A stretch of 64,000 bases of DNA from NCBI RefSeq assembly GCF_006345805.1, contig NC_043006.1, forward strand, positions 47,740,001 through 47,804,000. Reading direction: 5' to 3'. The notes beneath the pieces are model-generated. The model was given only the letters and a program-made list of their open reading frames with translations, did no database searches and had not been told where the DNA came from. Of the stretch, positions 52,066-64,000 are shown one piece after another. Positions within the stretch are counted from its first letter, which is position 1, and each line of letters begins with the position of its first letter. This DNA is from Octopus sinensis (Eukaryota). The translations under genes and the position numbers were made by a program.

Positions 52066-52632
52066 ACGAGTAGCAATATATTCTTCTGAATTGTATCCTG
52101 AATCACAGTGCATAGAAACAAAAAAAGAAGACAAAAATCAATCTGTCATCGGTGTTGAGAATATTTTAGGTCAGTGGAGATGGAACAGAGATTGAGCAGG
52201 TTTCATGAGATGTAAGAAGCAAGGATTTCCAAAAGAAAATAAGTGTGTATTATTACACAAGCATGTAATTTATTGATTAGGAATATCACAAGATTTCTTC
52301 GTGTCTTTGATGAATGATATACCTTTCTTTGATGAGAAAAACGATACTGCGTAGAATATCACGTTCTTTGAGTGAGAAGAGAAAAGAGAGCATTTTATAA
52401 GGGGATATAAGATAGATGCAAAGTAAGAAAGCTACATAAAAAATAACGTTAACATTATAAATGTTACTAACAAAAGTAAGGTTCAAATAATAATATTTGA
52501 TTCCTAACGCGGATATAAGGCTATAAATGTATGCGGAGGCGGTGATGTGGCCGTTAGTACAAGGATAAGCCTTCGGTGCGTCTAGTATGTGATACAAGTT
52601 CGGTTCCTGACTGGGCGAAATCGTACTTTACA

Positions 52633-53097
52633 TACCCTTTATAACGTTTATTTTTTTCTATTGTTTTGGAATTTTCAGAAATGTTTTTGCCAATTTGTTT
52701 TCTACACACGGAATTTCATATAGCTATGAAAAAAAAAAAGATTTTTCTTAATTTATGGAATTTTTTTGTTTAGTTTTATTTTTAATATTTTGGTTAGTTT
52801 TTAGAATTTTTCTTTTTAAACCAGAGATTAAAGTACGGACAGTCTGAAATTTTGGCTTCAATGCCAATAAGATATTAAATGTGTTTATGGGAAGAGAGAT
52901 ATTGAAGAACATCAACATGCTAGACTGACAAACAAACGAGAAGGTTTTTAAGGTGAACGTGAGCTGCGCTAAACACAACAGCTTAAATCACGCGCCATTT
53001 TGTTTTTTACATAATCGTGTGAATTCCCGTGTGTAGAACACAGATTGACAAAAACTTTCTTACAATTCCCGAAAATAAAAAAAATTATGAAGGGTTA
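52633..53097. mobile_element. MITE-like element with ~80-bp imperfect TIRs
   Basis: Left TACCCTTT..GTTTTTGCCAATTTGTTTTCTACACACGGAATTTC vs right GAATTCCCGTGTGTAGAACACAGATTGACAAAAAC..AAGGGTTA; CCC/GGG termini suggest piggyBac type (inference). Confidence 0.7.
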
Positions 53098-53433
53098 CAG
53101 TGCGCGCGTAAAGTAGAATTCCTCTTTTGACTGAACAGTTCTGTTGATGAAGGACGTTCCCTTATACTTATGATATCGACTTACAATCTCGGAATAGGGG
53201 CTGCACTGTGTCATTAAGCAACCTCTATTATGTCATGCTGTTCCACTTCACTGAACTGAAAACGTTTTGAAGCGAAGCAGCTAGGGGTTTATGCCGCAAA
53301 TGAAACTACAATGTAACAAGGGTGATACTTGCTGGTATATTCTCTTTGAAGTATCTATACAGGCCTTTCGTGTTCTGAAATTTACTCGCAAGTTCAAACA
53401 GAAACTAAGGTAAAGGCAAAGTATGATATATAT

Positions 53434-53497
53434 TTCTCGGTAGTATAGTGATAAGTAGCACTGCGGGAAACCAGGGTTCGATTCCCCGCCAGGGAAG
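53434..53497 (+). pseudogene. tRNA-Asp-derived pseudogene lacking most of the anticodon arm
   Basis: TTCTCGGTAGTATAGTGATAAGTAGC..GCGGGAAACCAGGGTTCGATTCCCCGCCAGGGA matches the eukaryotic tRNA-Asp D arm, T arm and acceptor; ~9-nt deletion in the anticodon stem-loop. Confidence 0.8.
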
Positions 53498-53510
53498 CAA
53501 TTTAACTTTC

Positions 53511-53660
53511 CATCCTGGAAACTTAGCGGTTTGGCAAAAGAGACCCAAAGAATAAGTACCAAGCTTTAAAAAATACACAAGCATTGGAGTCGATCCATTC
53601 AAGCTAAAATTTGTTCATGGCGGTGCCCCAGTATGGCCGCAGTCTTATGACTGAAACAAT
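53511..53660 (+). mobile_element. SINE family A 3' module without its normal head
   Basis: AACTTAGCGGTTTGGCAAAAGAGACC..GGCGGTGCCCCAGTATGGCCGCAGTCTTATGACTGAAAC. Confidence 0.85.
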
Positions 53661-53668
53661 ATATATAT

Positions 53669-53865
53669 GAGAAGAAAATGGATAAAATAACAATGGGAAA
53701 GTCGTGGTTTACGCTGGTATGTCTTTAATTAAATAGGTAACAAAGAAGGAAGAAGCAGAGATGAGGGTAGCACTCTCTGATTTTCCTTCTTTGTTTCCTA
53801 TTTAATTGAAGACATACCAGCGTAAACCACGAGTTTCCCATTGTTATTTTATTTATTTTCTTCTC
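53669..53865. repeat. Long near-perfect inverted repeat (83-bp arms, 31-nt spacer)
   Basis: 53669-53751 vs the reverse complement of 53783-53865, 5 mismatches; flanked by TA runs. Confidence 0.93.
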
Positions 53866-54052
53866 CTATATAACCTAAACTCCGGTTAACCAACCGAACC
53901 GCTTGGTATCATTCAACCATACGAAAGACTGTACCTACCCTGCTAATAGCCAGGAACGATTCTGGATTTGATTATCCCTTAGAGGTACTAAACCCCTCTA
54001 ACTTGATATTTATATGTATATATATGTACACTCTCTGTTTATTTTCGCTTAT

Positions 54053-54180
54053 TATTTTCTGTTGAAGAGCGTAGGCTCGAAACGTAGAAGACTTTTTTTA
54101 CTCTCCCGAGCGTCAAAGTAATAAACCTGCTTGTTGTTCATACACCTGACTTCGTCTTTTGTTTTTCTGAACGTATCAAC
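54053..54180 (+). mobile_element. Second copy of the PLE-type terminal repeat with A6U hammerhead motif (54053-54092)
   Basis: CTGTTGAAGAGCGTAGGCTCGAAACGT identical to 1618-1644; downstream CACCTG-CTTCGTCTTTTGTT also shared. Confidence 0.75.
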
Positions 54181-54187
54181 TATATGT

Positions 54188-54249
<62 letters not shown>

Positions 54250-54399
54250 GTGCGTGTGTGCGTGTGTACGCGCGCGTGTAAATGTCGAACGATGAAAATG
54301 AGTGCTCAACATCGCATTTGTGGGTATAATGTCTTATTTGTGAATTAAGGCATCTATTGGTTTCATGTTAAGAAATGTTGGAAAATATCCTAGTGTCTT

Positions 54400-54452
<53 letters not shown>

Positions 54453-54461
54453 TATATATAT

Positions 54462-54496
<35 letters not shown>

Positions 54497-55269
54497 GACG
54501 CGGAGTGGAATGGAACCTCGAAACTCATATTCGCGAACTAACCTTCTTTATCACACGGTCGATTGATACTAGCACGCATATGTGCGCGCACACGGACAGA
54601 CAGTCTACTCAGAATACCAGCGTCTCTTTCTTTCTACACGTGACTAAACAATACAAAATTAGTTTAGATTCCAAACAAATGTAAGCAAAAAATACCAAAA
54701 ACGCGCAGGAGGAGACTGAACGCGAGGCTGATGACAGCTCAACCAAATATGAACAAAAAACTGGTTTGATGCGAATAAATATTTATATTTTACCACACTT
54801 TAATGTTCAGATGTCAATCTATTATAATTTATAACGCAAATACAGCGAAGGGAAAACTAATGAAAAGGAGGTGGTTCAACAATTTTGTAATCAAAGAAAA
54901 TAGCGAATTTTTACACAATTTATAATGCAACTCTTTTGATTAATTACATTATAATTTTTAATTTAAATTAATGTTTCTATAGTGAGGGTTGTTTACCCTG
55001 AGCGTTGATATATTTTTTCCTCATTTCTCCGCTTTCGCATCAATATTTTCATTCTGATTCTCCTGCTTTCTATCGATGTATTATTTCTTTCCTCTATGAT
55101 GGTCATTCATACATCTTTTTTATTAGCATTCATTGTTCCCCTGAAGTGATTAATAGCAATAAATCTGGGGCATGCTTCTGCATCTCATTGTAATTTTTCT
55201 GTATATACACGCCCTATTTATATTTGAATATACATGCACATATGAATGTGTGTATATGTGTGTATTCAA

Positions 55270-55311
<42 letters not shown>

Positions 55312-56349
55312 ACGTACACTCATACATATAGCATTATTCTTGCAACGTGTTGCATGCCACGCTATGAATATTCTACGCTGATCCGATCAGAAAATGTATT
55401 GCTTTTATATTGGAAGGTATAAAGAAAACATATCGATATTAAATATATCGATCTATTGTGTCAGCTGATGTGTGTGCATCCGACTTCTGCTAACAGTGAT
55501 ATAGGCACGATTAAGAACCCTAAATGTGTCTTATGAAAACAAATTTTCTTATAACTACCGCTGCTGCGACCACTACTACTGTTACTACTAGGTTTTGAGG
55601 GGGAGGAGTAGTATTGAGGCATAGAGCGTATTATATTTGTATAAGAATCGTTCCATAGAAAGCAGTTCGTTTAACGGTATTCCACGATATTGACCAAGAA
55701 GCCACAATATTTGCATAAGACAAACTATATTTATATACACATCATTACGTCCAGAAAAACGTTTGCGTTTGTGTATGTGTGTTGTGTGTGTGTAAACTGA
55801 AATAATTATATACCCCAATGAATAATTGTTATCATAGTCCCTTCTACATGTATATAATATGAATGAGAAGAACGGTTTTGGAACATCTATTTAGAAATAT
55901 AGGAAGTTCATTACTCCCACCGTGTATTATTATATTTGTCTCATTAAAACTTCGTACAAACTATTCATACTCTGGTGGAGAACTATAGGGAGATATGGTG
56001 TCCATGATTTTCACAATGGCTGTGGTGGTATAAAAGAAAAAGGCCTCAATTTAAGCATTGAAACCGAATCTTAATAACTCCTTGTTGGCAACAATCGTCT
56101 TACTTTTTGGTAAGTATAATTAGTGTTCAATCTAGAATGGGCAGGAAGGCAAGATGGCGTAATCATTAGACCGTAGGCACAAAATGTGTTGTGGTTCTTT
56201 ACTTCCAATCTACCGAGTCCAATTTTGTCGTTCATCTATAAGCACGCGAGAAGAGGATGTTCCTGTCAAATATTGATTTGAACTAAACTATTTATTTTGT
56301 GCCTATTTTAGAGAAAAGAGTTACAATCCCAGCAGTGACTCTGAAAACG

Positions 56350-56900
56350 GCAGTATTAACAGTGTCGGAAAATAACAACTAGAACCCTTGCCAAAGGTGC
56401 AATGTGGAAATAAAGACACAATTCGGTATTTGACCGATCACGAAAGACGAATGTTACCTGGATCCAGGATGACGCAGGTGGCTTTCCAGTAGGACCTCAG
56501 TCGTGTGTTTGAAGACAGCTGAGGTGAAATTTACTGATTACCTGCCACCACCCTTGCTGGGGAATGATAGAATACGGAAAGCTATGGTAGTTGCACGAGG
56601 AAGAATTCTGAGGTTCTGGACGATCTCGCTGCGAGATTTTTTCTTATTTGTCAAACTTGTTCGAAAAGTGCTTTACAAATATGTCTGCGTCTAATTTTAG
56701 CAGAACTGGAGATGTTTCCAGTCGTGCGAAGATAGGTGTGGTGGGACTGCGGAGAAAGGTCCCGAGAAAAAGGAATTAGATTAACAACTTTTGATTGCGC
56801 TGTGCTGAAGGCAGACTTTAAATTGTGACCCAACGCGTTAGCTAAGGGGTTAGTATATGGAAGTGCTGATTGGGTCGGTGATGAACAGATATGCAGCATC
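56350..56900 (-). pseudogene. Possible decayed PLE N-terminal/pre-RT region
   Basis: KVVNLIPFSRDLSP; EIVQNLRIL..RILSFPSKGGGR (~IxPADKGG); YWKATCVILD; weak motif-level similarity only. Confidence 0.4.
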
Positions 56901-57017
56901 TAAACCTACCCGCATCACCCTCCATCACATAGTGAGTGTTGGTCAGCAATCAGAAATGGCTTGGTCCCTGCTCAAGTGTGATCAGTTAGAAGCTTTTGAT
57001 AAGGACGAATATGGATA

Positions 57018-57282
57018 CATGACAGTTATTTGATTATGTGAACATTGTTCGAAAATGATGGTTTGAAAACAATCATTCGAAAACAGTTATTCGAAAAGCA
57101 TTTATTGGAATGGAAAATAATATGAATGAAAATTATTCAAAAAGTCCATTATCCGAAATGTTAATAACTTTAGATTTTTTTCATTTATTCAAACAAAAAG
57201 AATAAAATTAAAAATTAAGTACACGAATAACTGTTTTTCGAATAATTGTTTCCGAACAATTGTTTTCAAACAATTTTCATGA
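57018..57282. mobile_element. MITE/foldback with TIRs built of ~15-bp subrepeats
   Basis: Left GAAAACAATCATTCGAAAACAGTTATTCG; right CGAATAACTGTTTTTCGAATAATTGTTTCCGAACAATTGTTTTCAAAC. Confidence 0.7.
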
Positions 57283-57329
57283 TACGGGTTGTTTATACAA
57301 TTACTGGTTTCTGTTCCTTTTTCAGAATT

Positions 57330-57950
57330 TGGATTAATGCTATCAAGCGCAACATCTCAATGATCAGAGTAAATTGCCCCATATTGGAACAGTTCAATAT
57401 GACAAGTTCGGTCCGAAAAGTTTGTTTCTCGTCCCTTCTCTATGAGTAGACACTTGAGCCACTACTGCGAACGTCCGAGTTTTCGTGGCGCATCCTACTT
57501 GAACTTAGATGTGAATGTTCACCATTTGCAGAGGATGCCACTGTAATAGTCTCGGACACCGAACACTTCGAGGCGATCGGCATTGCTTCAAAAAAGTAGG
57601 TAACTTTGACACCAGCGAAAATTAAATATGCAAAATCGATGGGCCTGCTGCTCAGAGTATAGGGAGATCAAACCATACCACCTGAAAGCGGAGAATGGTT
57701 GAACCGGTTAAATTGTCCGGAATCTCGTTTGATCTGGACTATCAAATGAACAAGAACTGTGGCGGGCAGGATGGCCAGTTGTTTCTTAAGAGTAATGCGC
57801 CTGCACCACATCCGTTATCTGCTACCTCCTGTGTGTCGGGGTTTGTCCTCCTACATAACTGGACAATCCATTTAATGTCAATACCCACTTATGTGGGAGG
57901 CTGTGTATGCTGTGGAAAATGACACACAGATATGCACCAAAGCTACATCA
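57330..57950 (+). pseudogene. Decayed L1/Tx1-clade LINE reverse transcriptase
   Basis: IRVNCPILEQFNMTSSVRKVCFSSLLYE*TLEPLLR (~SVRQGCPLSPLLY..LEPL); FAEDATVIVSD (57525; ~YADD); AKIKYAKSMGL; PVKLSGISF..QMNKN. Confidence 0.85.
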
Positions 57951-58919
57951 CCGGTGCTTATGACAATAAGCAGATAGGATTGTTATTTGCCAGACTATGT
58001 TTTTCACGGATCTGCAGTCATGGATCAAGCGTAGACCGAGACGTTAACGCAAATATTGCTACACCACTATGCAACGCTTTATCATATCGCCAAGGATATT
58101 GCAAAATATAAAAAAAAACCCACTTTTTTCTGTTTCAATCTCACAGGCGATAGGAAGCAAACATTACATGGAGGTGCTGTGATATTTGCGTTACAGATAC
58201 GAACCTAGGAAATGAACCGATGGAAATATCGATATTGTTTTCCTGTTGATTATTCCCTTATACATTTTGTGCTGTTTATTTATCATAATATATACATCTG
58301 ATGGCACTGAGTACATTTTTCTATTTAAATGTTGGTTTATATGACACAGTGGTCTTGCATACGCAGTAAATTGTAACCCTGAGTAAACACACTTTCACAC
58401 AGAAATATGTATGCATAATGTGATGTAGGTATGTATGCATTAATATTTGCGTATAGAGAGAGAAGTAGATATTATTAGGAAATATATGTGTGTATATACA
58501 TGTACGCATTAAGAGCTATAATTATAGCTATGGGTGCGTTTGTGTGTACGCTTGCGTGTTTTGTTTCTGTTTTTGTTTGTGTGTGTTTTGTGTGAAAGTT
58601 ACATTGAGTGAAAAAGATTGAAAGAAAGTAATCTGCTTTAAGTTCAAAGAAAAGTAGTTGCGAGAAAATTACATGAAAAGACCAAGTCAACCTTGATGGC
58701 ACTGTTTTTTGGGTTTTTTTTTACATAGAGTAACTGATATGTTATCTATTTCCTTGTTATAGTTTTATTTATTTTTTAATCGGAGTAAAGCTGATTGTTT
58801 ACAATCACTCTAGACAGAATAAGAAATTGATGTACTTGCGAGGAGGGATTGATATCATTGTTTAGTGGAACGTTATGAGAAATCTATAAATTTATATCTT
58901 GTGAAACAATGAGTGGTAT

Positions 58920-58928
58920 ATCTATCTC

Positions 58929-59011
<83 letters not shown>

Positions 59012-59020
59012 ATCTATCTA

Positions 59021-59072
<52 letters not shown>
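58920..59072. repeat. (TCTA)n/(TA)n microsatellite
   Basis: Direct observation. Confidence 0.97.
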
Positions 59073-59074
<2 letters not shown>

Positions 59075-59254
59075 TCTCTAACTCTGTCTCTCTCTATGTA
59101 TGCATATATATATGTGTGTGCGTGTGTATGTGTATACATATGGGAGGTAAGTAAGTGTTAGTGTGTGCATTGGTATAGGTCTTTTTGCATATATATGTAT
59201 ATATACATATATATATATATGTACACACATACACACACATAAATATAGATATAT

Positions 59255-59625
59255 GCGTATGCAGGTGGAAGCCATATAGCTCCGCATTCAGTGTTCAGTC
59301 CCATTGCATGGCACCTTGGACATGCACCTGAGTGGATATGGTATACGGAAAGCGAAAGAAGCATATATATGTGAGTGTGTCTGTGTGTACCTCAATATAC
59401 ACATATTTATGTGTGTGTGTGTGTCTTTGTGTCTGTGCTCCCCCACCACTGCTTGACAACCGGGGCTGGTTTGTTAAGGTTGCTGTAATCTAGCAGTTCG
59501 GCATAAAGTACCCGATTGAAAAAGTACCAAGCATAAAATGAAGTACCGGACTCGATTCATTCGAGTAAAAGTTCTTCAAGGCCGTGTCCCAGTATGGCAG
59601 CAGTCTAATGACTGAAACAGATGAA
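59255..59625 (+). mobile_element. SINE family A, old copy
   Basis: GTTCAGTCCCATTGCATGGCACCTTGG..CAGTATGGCAGCAGTCTAATGACTGAAAC. Confidence 0.78.
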
Positions 59626-59632
59626 ATATATT

Positions 59633-59870
59633 CAGTAATATCGCGGGTGTTACGCTCGAAAAAACCGCGCAATAGGTGAAAATCCGTGAAGTAGAAACAG
59701 TACTGTACTGTATTTTTATTTACTTATTAGGCTTTTAAAATGCTAAATTTACGAGAGAAATAATCGAAATTTAAAAAAAGTACGAATACTTGTCGGGTTT
59801 CAGAGACCAGCGATATCCGTGATGCACTGAAGGCGTGATAGGTGAACCGCTATATGGTGAATGTTTACTG
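59633..59870. mobile_element. Tigger/pogo-type non-autonomous element
   Basis: CAGTAA..ATCGCGGGTGTTACG..CCGCGCAATAGGTGAAAATCCGTGAAG and terminal GGTGAACCGCTATATGGTGAATGTTTACTG|TA. Confidence 0.65.
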
Positions 59871-59959
59871 TATACAAACAAACGCACGTACATACACACA
59901 CACACACTTACATACATTTATAATATTTACATATAAATATATATCTATATATACACAAC

Positions 59960-59998
<39 letters not shown>

Positions 59999-60000
59999 CA

Positions 60001-60040
<40 letters not shown>

Positions 60041-60389
60041 GAGAGAGAGAGAGAGAGAGAAAGAGAGTGAGAAAAAGAGGATGCCTCAGATGTTTTAAAG
60101 TAAAATTTTAACTCGAGGAGAACAAAAATATGTATTTCAAAAGTATATATATTTCAAAAACCAATATATTTTTGCAGAATCTGATACGTATATTCTTCCA
60201 TACAAATAACGAATATCTTTAGAATAAAATCATCAGCCTTCATACGGGTTCTGATGCGACTGAATATGTTACCAAATGATCGTTATTCATCTTGACCATA
60301 ATGTCCCTAATAACAGACATCAACGAGTTCTGGATATTGTGGGCATGACTATTAGTCTCTCTCTCCTCCTCTCTTCTCCCCCCATCTCT

Positions 60390-60800
60390 CTCTCTTTCTC
60401 TCAATGCCATTCCCAACTGTTCACATTTTGATCTTGGACAATGTTTTTCTTACTTGAGAACAAGAGATTGTCGATTTCCTCATAGTGCTTGAGTTTGTGC
60501 AGTAAACACTTTAGCCGGATTACACGATTCTCCTGGGACATAGTGATGTCTCTGATTAAGAGAAAGGATTTGCACTGTTCTTCATTGAATTGCTGGGATT
60601 CTCGTTAATGATGTCCTGGGATTGCTCTGCAAACTCCATTTTCCTGACAGTTTCTGACCGTCGGGAATATTGATTCGTTTGACCACAGAACTCCTGCCTG
60701 CCAGGGGCGTGGACTCCTTTCTGATTTTAGACACAAAGCACTTCGCGCCGAGAACGGCACGACGATCTACGCCTAGATTCGAAACTACCATGTTAGGGCT
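60390..60800 (-). pseudogene. DD37D (maT)-type transposase N-terminal fragment
   Basis: DRRAVL..SKIRKE; IINENPSNSM; RLKCLLHKLKHYEEIDNLLFSSKKNIVQDQNVN (~LLNKLKH..FFSDEKNFDQDQKVN). Confidence 0.75.
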
Positions 60801-60884
60801 GAAAAGAGAAAGCATTTAAAGTTTGGTCTCTTTATGTTTCTTTAATATTCTCTGCTCAAGCAGCTGACGCACACACCGTGTCTC

Positions 60885-61095
60885 TGTATGTATGTATGTA
60901 TGTATGTATGTATGTATGTATGTATGTATGTATGTATGTATGTATGTATGTATGTATGCATGCATGAATGCATGTATATATATATATACATATATATATA
61001 TATAAATCTGTATGTGTGTATCATATATCAAGAAATAGTGATAGATAGATAGATAAATAGATAGATAGATAGATACATACATACATACATATATA
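60885..61095. repeat. (TATG)n, (TA)n, (GATA)n microsatellites
   Basis: Direct observation. Confidence 0.95.
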
Positions 61096-63170
61096 CATGA
61101 ATTCATATTCATACCAATAATATGTTTTGTTAATCCTTAAAATCATTAAAAATTTTTTTAGCCCGAAGGCCGCGGCCATGTTGGGGCACAACCGCTGTTA
61201 GTAAGTGCTTAAGGGAGAATGTGGATAAACTGGGATTTTCAGAAAGAGAAATTGACTGACTGATTCATACATAACAAGTCAAGTCTGTTAATGGAACAGC
61301 AAAAGACTTTCCTCAAGTTCCAAATGTGAATTTGTCTGTTACTACATCACAAAGAAGGAAACTTGTACCTTTGTTGGAATCCGGCTCCCTCCTAAGTGCA
61401 AGTTTAATAATGACTAAAATATAGAAAAGACATACATACACACTTAAATTCCTTACGATTAAAAATGAAGAGAACAGTATCCTAAAAGCCGGCGGCGAGC
61501 TTCCCAGGAAGCACTCTCTTTCTGATGCTCTCCCATATACCAACAAAACAGTCGGACTAACGTACCTCAGAGAAGACCTAAATGTGATAGTCTCAGCATA
61601 TCATTAAAAGCCCTATGCATGGGCGTGTATCCTGTAGACTTAAAGAAGACAGTAATATCCACATGAAGCGAAGTCTTGTTTTGTTATGGAATGTTGAAAC
61701 TAATTCCTTTGCTGAAAAAGCAACGTTTCGGATTTACGACACTTTTGCATAATAGCAACGATATATATAGTAATAAATAAAACATGGCATAGTGGAATGA
61801 AAAATATGACGTCCTAAACAAAGGATTCAAAGACAATTTATCAGGTGAAAGGAAAAATGAATCAAAGATACGAGAATGAACATAGAAATGATTACCACTA
61901 CTTATCCTTTTTTCTAAGATGTTTTTAAAATATCTCATCTTGTTTACATTTTAAAACTGCTCAAATCATTTTGCCCTACCTTAAATCCTTTTAGTTTTAT
62001 ACCGTCTCATTAAATTCACAAAAACTTATTTGTTGTCAATGTAATTATGCTGAATAGAAAGCGTCCATCATTGCATCTTTCACACAAAATTCTTTTCTAA
62101 ACATATATATCTCTCAGACGCTGCCACTTCAACACCACCTTGCTAATAATGTCATTTATACGTCTGAATATACCCTGTTATTTCAACACTTTCGTAACTA
62201 TTTTCGCAATATGTATCTTTATTTCAACTGGTAATATATTTTTGAAACCTCAATGGACTATTGATGAATAACGAAGGACTCTGTGGTTTTGTGAATTTCA
62301 TATCTTGGTATCTAACGATATAAAACGTTTGTTAGTCACTCATAATTCAGATAAAACATAGCTATACTACAGTTTGCCAGGATTCATATTGCTACACTTT
62401 ATAAATACTTATTCCTCTTGTAAGAGATATGGCTCTAGAGTCTGTAAACTTTCATTATATCTCATTAGATATCATTACATCTAACTTGGGATCCTGAGAA
62501 ACAATTTCTTCTTCAAACCATCCCTTATATATTTTGTATTCATTTCAATAAAACATTTACGTGATTACAATTCTTCAAAGGCTGTAGAAATTAGAATGCT
62601 TCCAGTAATTCTGTGAATATAAAGTTAATTTTCCTTTCAATGGCCAAAAGTTTCAAGGGCATTTACCAATTGTCTAATCAATTTTCTACATCTTAAATTT
62701 GTTTATTTTCTAGTATTCTTTTCTCTAGTCTACTACCATGAAAGCAGATTTGTTTCCGATAATGAAGTTTAGGATTGCTGCTTCGTCTCTGCATTTAATC
62801 GATAACTCTAAAATTTCGGCGTCATTTATTCCAAAGGAATGGCACCATTGCTGGTTCTGGTGCGTCTTTTGTCTTCTAGAAAGGTGCTTGGAGATACGTT
62901 GTATGCATATTTACAGTCCGTCCAAAAATATGCTAAACTACATGTACATGATGTACATATTCTAATATGTCGGTAAATACTGATATATTTTGTCAACATG
63001 AATTCCACAGGTGTACTAGAAAACCTAACGCCATGATGTATCATTTCGTATCTCCCCATTCATCGGAGTTATAAAAATATGTTAGAGAGATAGATAGATA
63101 GATAGACACATATATGGTTGGATGGAAGGATGGATGTATACATATATTCAAGCATAATATATATATATAC

Positions 63171-63219
<49 letters not shown>

Positions 63220-63222
<3 letters not shown>

Positions 63223-63507
63223 AGGCGCAATGGCTCAGTGGTCAGGGCAGCGGACTCGCGGTCGTAGGATCGCGGTTTCGATTTCCAGTCCGGGCGATGT
63301 GATTCTTTATTGTGCGAAAACACTTAAAAGCTCCACGAGCCTCCGGCAGGGGGTGGTGATCCCTGCTGTACTCTTTCACCACTCTTTCTCTCACTCTTTC
63401 TTCTGTTGGCCACTTCGCGGGTTGCGTCATTGGAAGGCTAAAACAATGCGAACGCATTGTGACCAACGATGTGTAACAACATCTGATGGTCTGGTCGGTC
63501 ATGTGAT

Positions 63508-63514
<7 letters not shown>
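63220..63514 (+). mobile_element. tRNA-derived SINE family D
   Basis: GGAGGCGCAATGGCTCAGTGGTCAGGGCAGCGGACTCG..GGTTTCGATTTCC (A and B boxes); 3' stem-loops CAATGCG-AA-CGCATTG; followed by (TA)n. Confidence 0.88.
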
Positions 63515-63553
<39 letters not shown>

Positions 63554-63607
63554 CTATAATGTATGATGAATTGATGCATAAATGCATACATACATATATA
63601 TTCTTCT

Positions 63608-63789
63608 ATTCTTTTATTCTTTTACTTGTTTCAGTTATTTGACTGCGGCCTACAACTTATTCTTTGTTAGCCTAGTGATTATTCTATCGGTCTCTTGCCG
63701 ATCCGCTACGTTTCGGGGACGTAAACACACTAACAACGGTTGTCAAATGGTGGTAGGTGGGAGCCAAACAGAGACACACAAACATACAG

Positions 63790-63855
<66 letters not shown>

Positions 63856-63974
63856 TTTCCATCTACGAAATCCACTCACAAGGCTTTGGTTGTCCAAGGT
63901 GCCACACAGTGGGACTGAACCTGGAATCATGTAGTTGGGAAGGAAACTCCTTACCACACAACCACGCCTGCGCC
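63608..63974 (-). mobile_element. SINE family A
   Basis: Reverse complement of the head (GGCGCAGGCGTGG..GGTTCAGTCCCACTG), internal (TA)n and 3' module. Confidence 0.9.
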
Positions 63975-64000
63975 TGTCTACACATATATATGCAAATATG

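Noticed and set aside
61560-62900. Scattered PLE-like peptide hints on both strands (e.g. TRMNIEMITTTY; IIGNKSAFMVVD)
   Set aside because: Isolated, highly degenerate and on opposite strands; not enough to call an element

Overview
AT-rich, microsatellite-saturated eukaryotic DNA. The SINE, MITE and Penelope families look like those of Octopus, which is inferred from pattern recognition and not from a database search. I find no supportable intact host protein-coding gene, so the window reads as intergenic or deep intronic. Most entries in the supplied ORF track are translations of (TA)n, (CA)n or (TACA)n repeats. The real content is a layered transposon landscape. It includes at least four decayed Penelope-like element (PLE) RT/GIY-YIG remnants, two mariner elements, a near full-length DD37D (maT) element plus a fragment, and two Tc1 fragments. 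It also includes CR1-like and L1/Tx1-like LINE pieces, a complete non-autonomous Helitron, more than 15 SINE copies or fragments from 4 families, several MITE-like foldbacks and a tRNA-Asp pseudogene. The most interesting unannotated layer is catalytic RNA. There are six type I hammerhead-ribozyme motifs, ranging from an intact core to a shared A6U variant and a collapsed stem II. There is also an HDV-like ribozyme fold heading a ~540-bp non-coding insert that is flanked by a 12-bp direct repeat and splits an orphan mariner TIR. All structures and coordinates were read by eye and need computational and biochemical confirmation.
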